A DNA stretch of 64,000 nucleotides from Eledone cirrhosa (taxonomy: Eukaryota): the NCBI GenBank assembly GCA_964016885.1, contig OZ024740.1, forward strand, positions 124,682,001 to 124,746,000. Direction: 5' to 3'. A program made the position numbers and the translations under genes. Below, one piece after another: positions 26,697-40,865 of the stretch; position 1 is the first letter of the stretch; each line of letters begins with the position of its first letter. Below the pieces are notes generated by a model that had not been told where the DNA came from, did no database searches, and saw only the letters and a list, made by a program, of their open reading frames with translations.

Positions 26697-27284
26697 TAAT
26701 AATAGCATGCATTAAGGTAAGACAGATGCATAGTGAAAGCATTCATATATATGTTATGTAAGCATTATATGATGAATTAGCTACAGGCAAAGATACAGGA
26801 GGTTATATAAAAAGTTCATGTAGAAAATATTAATATTTATAGTTGTGATGTGTGTAAGCAATAAGTATAGAGGTACATATTTCAAATAAATATATCAAAT
26901 AAACATTCAATCCAACGGTATGAGTTATATGGCACTTCTTCTTTAAAGTTCTTCTATAAGGTATTTTTACCTTAACGCAATGTTTCTGTTGCCATGTCAT
27001 AATCATGTTTGAATAATATCCCAGTTGTCTGGAAGAAAGGATCGTCAGCAATTAAATGCATTAGACAAAAATTTGGTTGTTTTCTATATTGTATTTCTGC
27101 TGTAATATATCTGATATTTTACATTGAACTAATTTTCTTACTGGTAATTTGGAGATACACAATATTACACTTTCTTATTTATAATTGTATATATATCATA
27201 TATATATGTATAAATATTATTATTATTATTACATATATATATCATCATCATCATCATCATCATCATTTTACGTCCACTAGGTGA

Positions 27285-27835
27285 TAAGATTAGCATGGGA
27301 GGGGGGTTCCGAGGCCTTAGTATCTTGAATAAAGATGGGTTGGAAGAAGTTTAGGGAGCTGCTTCCTCTGTTGACAAAGAAGGCTTTCTCCCTGTGTACG
27401 AAAGGACGGTTATATGATGCCTGGGTGACATGTGCGATGCTGCATTATAGTGAGACATGGGCAGCAACTGCAGAGGATATGTGATGGCTGGAGAGAAATG
27501 AAGCAAGCATGCTCCGTTGGATGTGCAATGTCAATGTGCGTGAATAACCAAGCATAGATGAGTTGAGAAAGAAACTGTGTATAAGAGGGATAAATTGAGG
27601 TGTGCAGGCGAGAAGACTAAGAGGGTATGGACATGTGATGCGAATGGAGGATGACCGCTGGGTAAAGAAGTGCCAAGAAATCCCAGTAGAAGGATGATGC
27701 AGTCGAGGAAGACCACGAAAAACATGGGCGGAAACTCACCAAGGACATGACGAAGGACTGTGAGATGCTGTGCTGAATAGGACCCGTCCAACTCTTGCAA
27801 GCAGGGAAAAGCAGACGTAAAATGATGATGATGAT
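27285..27835 (+). mobile_element. RTE LINE 3' fragment
   Basis: GWKKFRELLPLLTKKAFSL, WLERNEASMLRWMCNV, (GAT)n tail; an opposite-strand 3' fragment follows at 27836-28040. Confidence 0.8.
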
Positions 27836-30800
27836 GTTGATGATTTTCCCTGCTTGCATGTTGGGACGGTTCCTATTCAGCACAGCATCTCTCCACTTGT
27901 CCTGCTTCTTCATCATCTTCTCTGTGAGCTTCAGCAATCTGACATCTGCTCTCACCACCTCCACCCATGTTTTTTGTAGTCTTCCTCTACTGCATCTTCC
28001 TTGGCACTTCTTTACCCAGCGGTCATGCTTTATTCATTGATATTAGTTGAAACAAATAATGAAATTATAACTGGTTTTTTTTTTACATATATATTTAATA
28101 AATGATTCATTTGGTTTTATGCAGTGTAAATTAGAACATTACACATCAAATTGTTTATATCTAAATACACCCACCTCATTCATCAGAGCTTTGATTAGAG
28201 TTTTCATAATATTAAAGAGTAAATCTTTGAGAGCATGGATCCTTTGTGGTAGCTTACACAACATATTTAATAGAAAACAATCAAATTCATTTCATTTGAA
28301 TGAATGGCTTATTTACCATACTCATTCTTAACTTTAGCTCAAAGAATTTGCTGCCTCCAAAATCTCAGGTGACAGAAGATATTTCTGTTTCATTCCAATT
28401 TGCCCTTTTACTAATAAAAACTTTTCTATTACTGAACAAAACTATCTTTTTGAGTAGTCTGTTTTCAATTCAAGAAACCGTATAGAAATAATGCACATTG
28501 GCTCAGAACACTTTAACGTAATGTAAATCTGAGATTGAAATGCAAATATTCTCAAATGGTTTAGATGTCATTGCTTGGTTCTCTACAACTAGCATATTTT
28601 GTGGAAAATCATTACCGAATATATTTTTAGATTCTTTTCTATCCATCAAAAAAAGTATATCTGTAGCTATACTGGAATCTTCAATTTTATCTTGCAGGCA
28701 ACTTGGTCAATTTTATCCAATAAAATAAATCTTTCCATAACCAAAGCAAAACTAGAAAATGTTGGTAACATTTATTTTGATGATAATGTACACTTCATAC
28801 TCTAAATTGCATGAGATATTGGGGCTAGTATCACACAACACTCACTTTTTAAACCTAACACATTATCAAATATTCTCAAATAAAGAATTACTGACTACTT
28901 CAATGGCAAAATAAAAATCTGTGTTTTTAGAGTGGAGAATTAATTATAAAAAGTATAATTAACTAGATATAGGTAATAAAGGAGCTTCTATGCACCCATC
29001 CAACATAAGAAAATTAGCAACAACATTTCTTTTAAATCATAACCTAGCATCTCAAAAATGGAAGTAAACACTGGTTAATGTAATCTCAGCTACAATATCT
29101 ATAAACAAGGTGAGGTTGTCACTGTTTGAATATCTTTGATCATACATCCTCAATCAAAATTGACCTGGGACCAGACAACACATACAATAGTTGCTGAGTA
29201 TACCTCCGTGATACTTGATAGCATTTCCATTTTATTTAGAATGAAATACATTTATTGCTTTTGAAACAACTACTGAAACAATTATATGATTTTGTCTCTC
29301 GTTTTTTATGTAAATATTTAGTACAAAAGTAATTTTTGGCAGTGGTTATTTGAGTAAGTTTTAGTGCATATCTGTCTAATAATTGTGTCGCTAATAGAAG
29401 TCTGAGATGACTGAGGAGTTACTTGGTCATCAATAGGTGTGACATCAATGCAAGTAGACATCACAACTGCAGAAATTGGCTTGAAGAAGGAATCATGTTT
29501 CAGTTGTTTACCTTGCTGATGTTGTTTCCACATAATATAATACCCTGGAGACTCTAGGATGTTGATAGTTTTGCTGAACATCAGTTTCTGTTGACAAGTC
29601 ATTGTATAGAATGGCATTCTCTAGAGATACTCATGTAAAGAAGAGAATCAGTTTTAGTTAACACATTTTCAATGAATTTATATATGAAATGTCTTACCAA
29701 CAAAAGATTATGTTTTTTAAAGAGTAATATGAAAACGAATAAGATAGACTTTTAAGTACCAGGCTGAATATAGATAGAAACATGCATGGAATGGAAGAGC
29801 TGTAAGAATTTTAATAGTAAAAAAATAGATGGTTATTATTTAGGAAAAAGTGTGGAGTGCTATAAAGAAATTGTGTAAAATTGAGTAAAAAACAGAATAT
29901 GTACTGGTGAAATATCTTTTGCATTTGGATATTATTTTTGTCACCACATTATCATTCCATCTGCTTTACAGATATCATGATACAACTAGCTGTAGGGAAT
30001 GTAATGCTATCTCAGAACAACAGCCAAACAATTTCATACTAGGATTTCATAGTAATTGGTATGCCATTCACTGTAACTGCTGTGACGAACTGTTTCCAAA
30101 TCATCATAGCAGTAACACTGGATGGTATGCTGTCTCTGAATCAAGTCCATTCTCTGTTTATGTTTGCCATAATTCAGTAATTGATTACTTAATCTTTGCA
30201 TTTTACAATTGATGATGTCACATTAAGTCTTATATCATGATCTGATCATGTAAGCAGGCTGTAGAAATATGTTTGCAAGATTAAAGGAATATTTAGAATC
30301 TAACCTTCTGTTTTCATTGAAGGATTTAACTTAGTTCCCACACCAACCACAAGACGCTGCATCTGCGGTGGATGATTTGCATCATGTTGAGTGCTTTTTC
30401 TTATTACATCATGATCTGTTAATCAGAAAGACCTGATATACCCATCAGTTAAACCTCTCAATATATATAGAGAATGAGAGGCATTAAGAAACCAACCAAA
30501 AATAGAGATTCATTTGAACAGGATGAGTTCTCTGGACCTAACATGACTTATAATGTGACAACCTGTCTATTCCATTCAAGACAACCCAATGAATATAGCA
30601 TCACCATTTAAAGTTTTCCTTTGCAAGCAAGGAAGCACTTCATCATATTCTCTGACCTCTTGAATAGGCCAGAATCTATATTCTGCTTATATAAATTCCC
30701 ATACACTATAGATTGCATTGGATGTGTTTTATTGTAACAGTGAATGCATTTATTATGTCATCAATACTAGGGAAGTCATCAAGTTTCTGAGATAACTGAA

Positions 30801-31039
30801 AGAGTTTTAAAAAGCCTTTGTTTAACATGTTTACCATAGTTAGATGTCCTTCTTATCATTAACCACTTTACAGACTGTATTGGGTTTGTATCAAAATGAC
30901 ACTAACAATAAGCATGTTGTCATGTCAACAAAAAGAGAGTCCTATCCATGAATTTTAGATATAGATTCTACAGCCGAATGTCCATTTTAACACTAACGAC
31001 TTTAAAGGGTGTATTGGGTGGATTTTATTGTGGCATCAG

Positions 31040-31073
<34 letters not shown>

Positions 31074-31074
31074 C

Positions 31075-31125
<51 letters not shown>

Positions 31126-31566
31126 TATATATTTATATATATATATATTTGAATTTATGTTAACTTAATGTTAACTTAATGAAAAATAGTCTAACAAGAC
31201 GGTTATTTAATTTGAAGCCTTATCAACCAGCCAGTGCATAAACAAACAATATACTTTTAGAAACATTGAGCAGGTTATACATTTTAAAAAGATTTATGTT
31301 AGCAGCTTCAACACACATTTTTTATTATAAAAATAGTCTAACAAGTTAGAGTATATAAGCCCTGGAGAGGGAAAAAAGTACACAGTATCACCCATGTGAA
31401 TCCAACTCACATCTGCCATATACCAGAGTGCTGTGCTTACCAATTGTGTTGCACCAATGCGAGCTTTACACATTTTTCTATTATTTAAACCTTGACTGAA
31501 TGATAAAGTTTAAAATAATGTGGTGCTGGTGTTGGTGTTGTTGGTGGTGCTGTTGGTGTTGGTAGT

Positions 31567-31567
<1 letters not shown>

Positions 31568-31627
<60 letters not shown>

Positions 31628-31629
31628 AT

Positions 31630-31676
<47 letters not shown>
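31568..31676. repeat. (TAG)n microsatellite
   Basis: Direct reading. Confidence 0.95.
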
Positions 31677-31677
<1 letters not shown>

Positions 31678-32518
31678 TTTGTGTGTGTGTGTGTGTATGC
31701 GAGTATGTGTGTGCATGCATGTGTTGGAATTCCATAGGTTAACAAAACCTGTGTTTGAACAGTTGAAATAACCAGATCATGAAATTAATGTGTGAGAGGC
31801 TCAACATTCCACAGACATCTATATCTTTAATGTTGTTCTCAAGGAGATTTACTGTGGCATAACGTCTACAAGGCTGGTACTTTGAGCAACAGAGTTGACT
31901 ATTTCTTGCCAGCTGAATGAACTGGAGCAAGATGAAATAAAGTGTTGTGCTCAAGGATACAACATGCTTCCAGGAATTGAACTTACTCTTGTGAGCCAAA
32001 CACCTTAATTACCAAGACATGTACCTTCACACTGCAGTATAGGTAACAACAGTAATGATAGAAACAACAACAGCAATAGCAATAACATTTTGTAATACAA
32101 ACAATAAAAGTAACTACAACATCAACGGGAACACAAATAGCTATAACAATAACTACAACAAAGATAACCAAAGCTAAACATTAATAACATCCATGAGAGA
32201 TTAAATAAGCACCTACTACAGCAATCAGCCCAGAGACACAAACAATGAAACTACTAATAAATTCAACAGCAATGATGAATGAATATGACAACAATATAAT
32301 AGTGACAATAACAACAAAACAAACAACAACAAAACATCAACAACAACAGCAAGGAGAAACCATTTGAAATTAAATAAATATACATCTATCATCATTATCT
32401 TGATGCTTATATTGTTTTGACAAGAATGGCAATATTAAAAAATGTTATGTTTGTATGTTTATATATACAAATATACAAATATACACATGCACACACATAT
32501 ATATACATTTATATATAT

Positions 32519-32581
<63 letters not shown>

Positions 32582-33489
32582 AATGTATATGTATATATAA
32601 ATATATATTTATATATATATATGTATGTATGAATATGTTGTGAGTGTGTGCATGAGTATGTGTGAGTGCTTGTGTGTTTATATATATATATATGTGTGTG
32701 CATATATATATTAACATATATATGTGTGTGTATATGTGTGTATGTAATTTTAAAATAATATTTAGAAAGGAAACTTTAAACAAATAAATGATCGAAAACA
32801 TAAGCAAATTGTCGAAAAGTATATATATATAAAAAATGAATTATCGAAATTATCAACGGAAAGAAATTATGGTAAACAAAAATATATTAAAGTTTCAAAA
32901 TAAATAAATATAGCTGGAAGATAAATATGGTGTCTCTTTAAGAAAACGTTAGGAAAAATAACTTGGCTAAGTGTGTGTCATGGTGTAGCAGTATATTGGT
33001 ACTTTTTTACTGCTTTCCATCATTAGTCAGCAGCCATGCTGATGCTCTACATTAATGTCAATCATACTGAACCCAAGATCTTATTCTTTTCAAGTGTGGT
33101 ACTTTTTTTATTGGTCTCTTTTTCATCGAACTGTTAAGTTATAGGGCATAAAAAGACAGATTTGTAAAACACTCACATGGGCAGATACACACAGACACAC
33201 ACACATCACATCATTTAACGTCCATTTTTCATGTTTGCATGTATAAGATGGGTCATCATGTTATCAGAAAATGCCGATCATTTGACCATGTCTTGCTCTT
33301 GTTGATCTGTATTTTGGGTTGGTTTCTACAGCTGAATGGTCTTCCAAAAGCCAATCATGTTACAGTGTTTATCGAGTACTTTTTGTTGTGTCACCATCAC
33401 AACCACATTACTGCATGGACTGGGTAGTTTGTTGTTAATGTACCGGATCAGCATACATAGAGTCTACTTAGTGTTTTGTCATGGTAACA

Positions 33490-34992
33490 TATTGAATGGC
33501 TTGTGAGAGCTATTCAAGTCATGTATAAAGAAACAGTCAGCGCGGTTAGAATTAACAACGAATATAGTGAAGAGTTTAGCGTAAAAGTTGGTGTTCATCA
33601 GGGCTCTGTTCTTAGCCCCCTCCTATTTATTATCGCCCTCCAAGATATAACAGAGGAGTTCAAGACAGCTGCCCATAGGAACTTCTATACGCAGATGATC
33701 TAACGCTCATAGCCGAATCAATGGCTGAAGTAGAGAAGAAATTCCAAACATGGAAGCATGGCCTAGAATCAAAAGTCCTTAAAGTTAACTTGTCTAAGAC
33801 TAAAGTCCTAATATGTAGGAAGAAGAATAGGGCACTGGTCCCATCTGGGAAATGGCCATGCTCAGTGTGTAGGAAAGGAGTAGGCAGAAACTCCATTTTA
33901 TGTCCCAAATGCAAAGTATGAGTGCATAAAAGATGTAGTGGGATCACAGGTAAGCTAACTAAGAATATAGATTTTATATGTGGCCGGTGCTCTGGTGCAA
34001 TAAGTAGCAGCAAATGCCCACAGAATACTAGCTCATTCCATTGCCCAGATGGTTCAATAGAAATAGTGGACACCTTCCGTTACCTGGGTGACAAAATCAG
34101 CAGTGGTAGCTAAAGTCTGAACGGGATGGAAAAAGTTCAGAGAGCTTATACCACTATTGGCCGCTTAAGGTTTCTCTCTAAAAATAAAAGGCAGGCTGTA
34201 TGATGCCTGCATACGAACAGCGATGTTACATGGCAGTGAGACATGGGCCTTGTGTGCAGAGGATCTACGTAGACTGGAGAGGAATGAAGCTTGCATGCTC
34301 CGTTGTATGTGTAATAGTAATATACGCGCACGGCAAAGCATAAATGAACTAAGGGAGAAATTAGGAATAAGAGGGATCAGATGCTATTTACTCGAGAGAA
34401 GACTACGTTGGTATGGTCACATGATGTGCATGAAAGATAACAGCTGTATAAAAAAAGTGCAGGGCGATCAAAATAGACGGTAGCTACAGAGTAGGCAGAC
34501 CCAGAAAAACCTGGGACGACTTGATAAAATCTGACCTCACACACTTACACCTCTCCAAGAAAATGTCACTGGACCGAGATCTTTGGCGCTACGTAGTAAT
34601 ACAGAAGACCCGCCTTGCTTAAGTACAAAGCGAAACCTACAGTCAGTAGGCACCTCTTAACCAAAATACACCCCGTCCACTACCCCTACCCCCACTGCCC
34701 TTTCGATGTAAAGCTATGTTTGTACCACAATATCCAGTCCTAAATAAATGAGGTCGTGTAGGTGTCACGACAAAAAAACACACAGTCCACGCTGTAATGT
34801 GGCCGTGTAGGTAACACGGTAAACCCTCCCAGTCCACACTGTAAACGTGGTTGGTGTTAGGAAGGGCATCCAGCCATAGAAAATCCACCAGACAGTCCTG
34901 AGCAAGACAACCAATCTTGCCTCAAGTGGGACAATTCCTGTCCAGACCCATGCTAGTGTGGAAGATGGACGTTAAACGATGATGATGATGAT
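33490..34992 (+). mobile_element. 5'-truncated RTE LINE (RT with embedded PHD-like finger, 3'UTR)
   Basis: GVHQGSVLSPLLF, LYADD, KVNLSKTK, CSVC..CPKC..HKRC..CGRC, FRYLGD, MLHGSETW, RRLRWYGH; (GAT)n tail. Confidence 0.9.
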
Positions 34993-35047
34993 ATAAATGA
35001 AATGAATACAAAGAGTTTAAAACCGTTAGAACATGTTTATATAATAG

Positions 35048-35090
35048 TGCGCCTACGTACGTTTCGCCCGGAATGGGCTTATCAAGGGCA
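35048..35090 (-). ncRNA. Degenerate minimal hammerhead motif
   Basis: TGCCC-TTGATAA-GCCC-ATTCC-GGGC-GAAA-C-GTAC-GTA-GGCGCA; two transitions in the CUGANGA box, probably inactive. Confidence 0.6.
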
Positions 35091-35173
35091 TGGAAAGCAA
35101 AATAATTATCAATATAGGACCCAGGAAGGAATTCACGATTAAATTAACAATCCACCGCCCCAGTTATTTTATA

Positions 35174-35352
35174 TAATTGTTTCTACTTTAGGCACAAGGC
35201 CAGCAATTATCCAGTGCATTACTGGTACTTTATTTTATCGACCCCGTAAGGATGAAAGGTAAAGTTAACCTCGGCGGGATTTGAACTCAGATCGTAAAGG
35301 GACGTAATGCTACTGGAAAGCATGGCATCCGACGCTCTACCGATACTGCCAA
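35174..35352 (-). mobile_element. tRNA-derived SINE (same family as 26521-26696)
   Basis: A and B boxes and shared central domain. Confidence 0.82.
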
Positions 35353-35934
35353 TAATGATATTAAAACAGAAGTTCATGTGTAAAAATGAAAGAGTACAAT
35401 GCATCAATGTTCATATAAATATGTTATACAAATGTTTATGCATCCATGTTTATTAAGTGAGTTGTATATAGAAGCTGTGTTATATTGTGTTGTTAATTAT
35501 AAAAGTTAAAAGCAGCTATAGTGAGAAGCTTGGATACAAGGAATACACCCCACCTACACAGTAGTTTACCAGAAAGAAAGTAATCTGGTTCAATCTATTT
35601 CATATATGTGCAGACATTAACATAACCATAAATATTTTTCTAATATATACCCATTCACTACTTATGCATAAAATACACTTCAGCACTAATGAATTAAGAT
35701 CAGCCCTTCTTGTTTGAATGACATTGCTTCTCAAATCTCCCACAACAACCAAAGATATATATATGCCCAGGTAGCTTCCATCCCAACAATCAATTTGCAA
35801 CTATAGAACCCCCCTCACACTTAGTCTACCTGTTTAAAGGATCATGTTTCTCTAGTGTGGTGGTATATAGAAGTCTCAAGTCTTAAGTCTGTCTCAAGCT
35901 TGGAGTCTCATCAGACCAATTTCCATGGCATTAA

Positions 35935-36265
35935 GCAACTGATAGTACAAAGACTCCTCCTGGAAAGGACACCAATTAATTGCAGAGTTAACCCCCCAGC
36001 TATTGCTGGTACATATTTTCAGCTGAGTATACTGGAGCAATGTGAAATGAAATGTTTTGCATAAGATCACAACACACAACTCAGTCCAGGCATCGAACCC
36101 ACAACATCCTGTGTATGAATGGTCATACATTCTATTGAGTGCAGAGGGGAAGTTGTCATGTCTTTTGACACAAACTGTAGGGTCCTTCCAATCCATTTGT
36201 TTGGTAAGCTTTCTACAGCTGGATGCCCTTCCTAACATCAACCAATTTACAGTGTGTACTGGGTG
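35935..36265 (-). mobile_element. Degenerate CORE-like SINE pieces
   Basis: GGTTCGATGCC B box, CORE-like segment and AGGAAGGGCATCCAGCTGTAGAAA motif. Confidence 0.55.
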
Positions 36266-39200
36266 CATGTCTCATGTAGATCACCAGCATCAGGGTGGTT
36301 GTCATATCCTTGACACAACTGAATGCATTTCCAGGCAATACAAAAGAAACTCATTTACCCTATATTGTCTCCAGTCATTTGTTTACTGATGATATAAATT
36401 ATTCATCTCATTCCTGGCAAGAATAAGAGGGACATACCTTTCTTGAATTATGTCCATTCATTCATTTCTTTCTTTCCTACACAGCTGGATATCTAGAAAG
36501 AATTATATTCCTCACAACACCAGTATCTAGGTAGAGCAGTCTATGAATTGGGTTAAAGAGTGCTTCCTACAGTCCAATATAAAGTCCTCTCCCCCACTAA
36601 CATATTTTTTTTATTCTTACTGCTCATAGATCACCCTGTTAAACTTGATGCCATGAGAGAGGTTAGCAACTGGAGGTACATAAAGTATGTATATAATGGT
36701 TGCATCTGTACTAGTCCCTAGAGTTAGCATACAAAGGAAATCAAATTAAAATTGACATGAAAATGTTGTTACATAAAATAGAGTTTTAGTTTGTTTTTAT
36801 TGTCTCAAAATAATATTTTTTTCCTCTTTAGCCTCAGTTTAAATGAAGGTATAAGATAACAAATATAATATGTTGGTTAATGTTAGAGCAGCAAAGCAAT
36901 GTCAGTTTCTTTTGTCTTCGTTGTCATGACTCGTGACAATGATCTCATTAACCTTTCTATATAGCATCTAGGAGCCAAAATAAGAATCTTTTTACTCATT
37001 AACTAATGCAACAAAACAACTGGTCATAAAGGAAAAGGCCATAGGTAACAATAGTGTGGGATTAATGGGCTTGAAGCAGCCAATAAAATATGCCAAACCC
37101 TTTTTCTTGATTGAGCCAGATTTATCTTCAAAATTTGAAAATAAAAGTTATTTGTTTCTGTTTCTCTCAAGGATATTAACACAGGAGATGAAAACCACAA
37201 GATAAGAATTGCTGCCAAAATTTCAGCCCAGATCATACAATAACAATAGCTTGCAAACAAGATAAATGAAACATTTCCATCAAGCACATTTTAACTGACT
37301 TAAATTCATTAAAAGCCTTTATGTTCAAATTTGAACCAATGCCATATTTTGTTGCAAGATTAAAATAGCAACTTTTTGAATTTTTTATCTTACTACAAAT
37401 AAATCAACTTCAGTTTGTTGTAAACTAATTCAATGAAATAACACATTTTAAAACTTTCTGTTTTATTTCAGTGTTGTACCTGCTTAGAAATTGATATGAT
37501 CTGAGATTGTATGTTGAAAGTGAAACAATTACATTGTGGAAGAGTCATAGTAGACATTTAAACACACATAAAGTTACATATTTATTTCTTAAGTGTCAAA
37601 CAGTTTTGTATACACTAATTTGGGTTGTGTCATGATTCTACTGTGACCATTGTTAGTCACATACTGGTCTGTTTTTATAAGATTTCTTTTATTGTTTCTA
37701 TATATATTTCCTTCAATTCCTTTATTCATTTAAAAACAAAACAGTTTCCAATTTAATCTTTAATAAAATATTGTTTGTTCACTAGCTTCCCATCAATGGT
37801 AAAACCTTTGTTCATATTTTTCAATGTAATGCTACAATCCACTATTGAAATAAGGTTTCTTTAAAATGCTTGAATCTCTTTGAAATAAAGTTTTCTTTAA
37901 AGTTTTCTTAAAGTCTTCTGATCAATGGTACATCCAGTATTGAAATAAAGTGTTATTTTAAAAATTAATTTGACATCCTTGCTATTTCCAATATGCATAT
38001 TGTAAAAAGATGATAGCTTTAATTTAAGTTCCTGTTCAAAATGAAATATTTTTTCATTTCTTTCTCCTCTTTCTGATATACATAGTCTTAGCTGATTTAA
38101 TAGACAAGAGTTACTTTTCTTTCATTCTTTTGTATTTGTTTAGCAATTCTTTTTCTGTGAAACCATGAGTTGCAACAAATATTGTTGTGTACTGCAAGGC
38201 CCACTTTGACACTTAAAAACGAGCACATGGGCTGTAGTTCACAATTTTATTGTTAGTCTAATTCATAATTATTAGCTAACTTCTTAATACGCTTGTTAGA
38301 AATGTTTCATCATTCACCCTATTCCAGAATTAAATGCTCTCAGTTCTCTTTGTAAAGTGGTAGCTTTGGTTCCATGAGAAAAGGCACATGGTTGGCGATA
38401 GGATGGTCATCCAGCCATAGAAACTATGACAAAATATGGAACATATGAGCAAGATGTCGTTCAATTTCATGCTGTGTTACTCCATATAAACCATGCCAGT
38501 ATTGAAGGCAGACACAAAATAATGATGATGATATTGATTACAATGATGATCATAAATCATTTGACTTTATCATTCTGACGAAAATTTTCTGACAAGCTTA
38601 TTAAGATGTTTGAACAAACAATAAAGAATAAACCACAACTAATGCAGGTATTGTAATTGTCAAAATTACCTTACCAAAATACAATGATTTTCAATCAATC
38701 ATTATGGTATACTTAAGTTTGGAATCCTTTTACAATTAGATCACTTCATTTTACATAAAATGTACATGAAGAAATTTCACATGACAACTGGTGACTGGAT
38801 TTGAAGAGAGAACAGACTTTCAATCCCAAGCATAAAATACCTGATTTAAACCTTTTGATATTAAATTAACAGGAGCTGCCCATGGTTAAACAGTACAAAG
38901 CTGTTTATTTTGAAATGTTTATAGTTATTTAGAAACCTTCCATCATAAATTTATGTATGAACGTTTGTTAAGACCAGCTTAATAGAGAGAGTCTATTATA
39001 TAATTAAATCCCTACAAATTGTTGATTAATTTCAAAATGATTTGAAAATTCTAGACAGTAAAATATTAAGGGCTTCTTTAAAATAAAAGGTAATTAAATA
39101 ATTAAAGGAACCATCAAATATATCTCTCCAAGATATATAGTAACTGAAAAATAGCTTTCTTAGGCCCTTAACTAAGTTGTAGGTGCACCATAATGATATA

Positions 39201-39904
39201 TGAATTTAACATGGTGATTTCATGTATTGCTGGCTCTTATATTTTTACTTTTACTTCTAAGGTAATCTTGGAGTGGAAACAAATATGCTCAATAGGAGTC
39301 ATTGAGCTATACAATCAAAGACATTATATTATCATCATTATCAGCAATGACAACAAAGAAAGGAAATGTTAACACTAAAGAAACTTTTAAAAAGCTTTTT
39401 GGCTAGATGAAATTGTATGAAGATATTACATATTTAAATATCAACAAATGTAAAACTTATATCATTTTTATGTCCTCTATTTCATGCTTACATGAGTGGA
39501 ATAAGTATTCATCAGTAGAGGTTTTCCTCACTTGTTTTGTTCCTTCATCATCTCCTCATTGAGGTTTTGCATTTTGTGTTCAGCTCACACCCCTCCTGCA
39601 CATATTTTCCTCTATATTTCTCTTCTACAGCTTCCTTTCATTTGGAAGGCCTGGCACTTCTTCACCCTCTAAAAGACATATTGGAAAGAATTCTAAGCAG
39701 CTACAGAGTGAATCAACAGCTTTGTAAAAATATATGTATAAAGATATTTATTCTCTTGTGTAGTTCAAACATAAAACTGTAGCCATGTTGGGGCACAAGC
39801 TTGAAGGAATTCAAGCAGAGTTACAAGTCATACAATAATGACAAAATTAAACACACAAATTACACACACATACGATCACACACACACACATACATACATA
39901 TATC

Positions 39905-40465
39905 ACCATCATCATCATCATTTTACATCTGCTTTTCCCAGGTCCTATTCAGCACAGCATCTCTCCACTTGTCACAGTCCTTCGTCATCTCCTCGGTGAG
40001 GTCTGCTCTGACCACCTCTGCCCATGTTTTTCATGGTCTACCTCTACTGCATCTTGCTTCTACTGGGATTTCTTGGCACTTCTTTACCCAGTGGTCATCC
40101 TCCATGAATAACACATGTCCATACCATCTCAGCCTTCTCTCCTGCACACCACAACTTATCCTCTTATACCCAGTTTCTTTCTCCACTCATCTATGCTTGG
40201 TTGTTCATGCACATTGACATTGCACATCTAATGGAGCATACTTGCTTCATTTCTCTCCAACCATGGCATATCTTCTACAGTTGCTGCCCATGTCTCACTA
40301 TCATGCAGCATTGCGCATCTCACACAGGCATCATATAACCGTCCATTCGTATGCAGGGAGAAAGCCTTCATTGTCAACAGAGGAAGCAGCTCCCTAAACT
40401 TCTTCCAACCCGTCCTTATTCTAGATACAATGGCCTCTGAACACCCCCCTCCCATGCTAATCTGA
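39905..40465 (-). mobile_element. RTE LINE 3' fragment
   Basis: RIRTGWKKFRELLPLL...MLHDSETW...WLERNEASML; same family as 27285-27835. Confidence 0.82.
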
Positions 40466-40813
40466 TCATATATAATAAGGTTCTGCATAGTTTACATCTA
40501 TCAATTTTAACTCACAAAGCATTGGTCAATCCAAGGTCCATGCTATATGTCTGTTTCAAAGCAACAAATATGCCTCAAGACTAAATGTTTAACCTTAAAC
40601 ATTTCATACCTCAAAAAGTCAACTTTATTATTTTATATTACTTATTAGTTTAGAACTCGTAAACAAATCTTCAACAAGTCTTACCATACCATCTTAAACT
40701 TGAAGAATACATTGGATATTGTTGTTCTCGATACACAGATACACTATTGGGGGAATCGTGGCATAATTTTAGCTGGAATGTCTATTTACTCTGAATAAAC
40801 TTGGGTCTAAATA

Positions 40814-40865
40814 TAGAAGAAGAAGAAGAAGAAGAAGAAGAAGAAGAAGAAGAAGAAGAAGAAGA
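40814..40865. repeat. (AAG)n microsatellite
   Basis: Direct reading. Confidence 0.95.

Noticed and set aside
28300-30950. Possible decayed transposase or host coding sequence
   Set aside because: The manual translations I tried gave no recognisable motif; BLASTX would be needed.
36815-36855. Possible 17-nt host micro-exon (polypyrimidine-AG ... GTATAAG)
   Set aside because: Such signals arise by chance in AT-rich DNA, and no partner exons were found.
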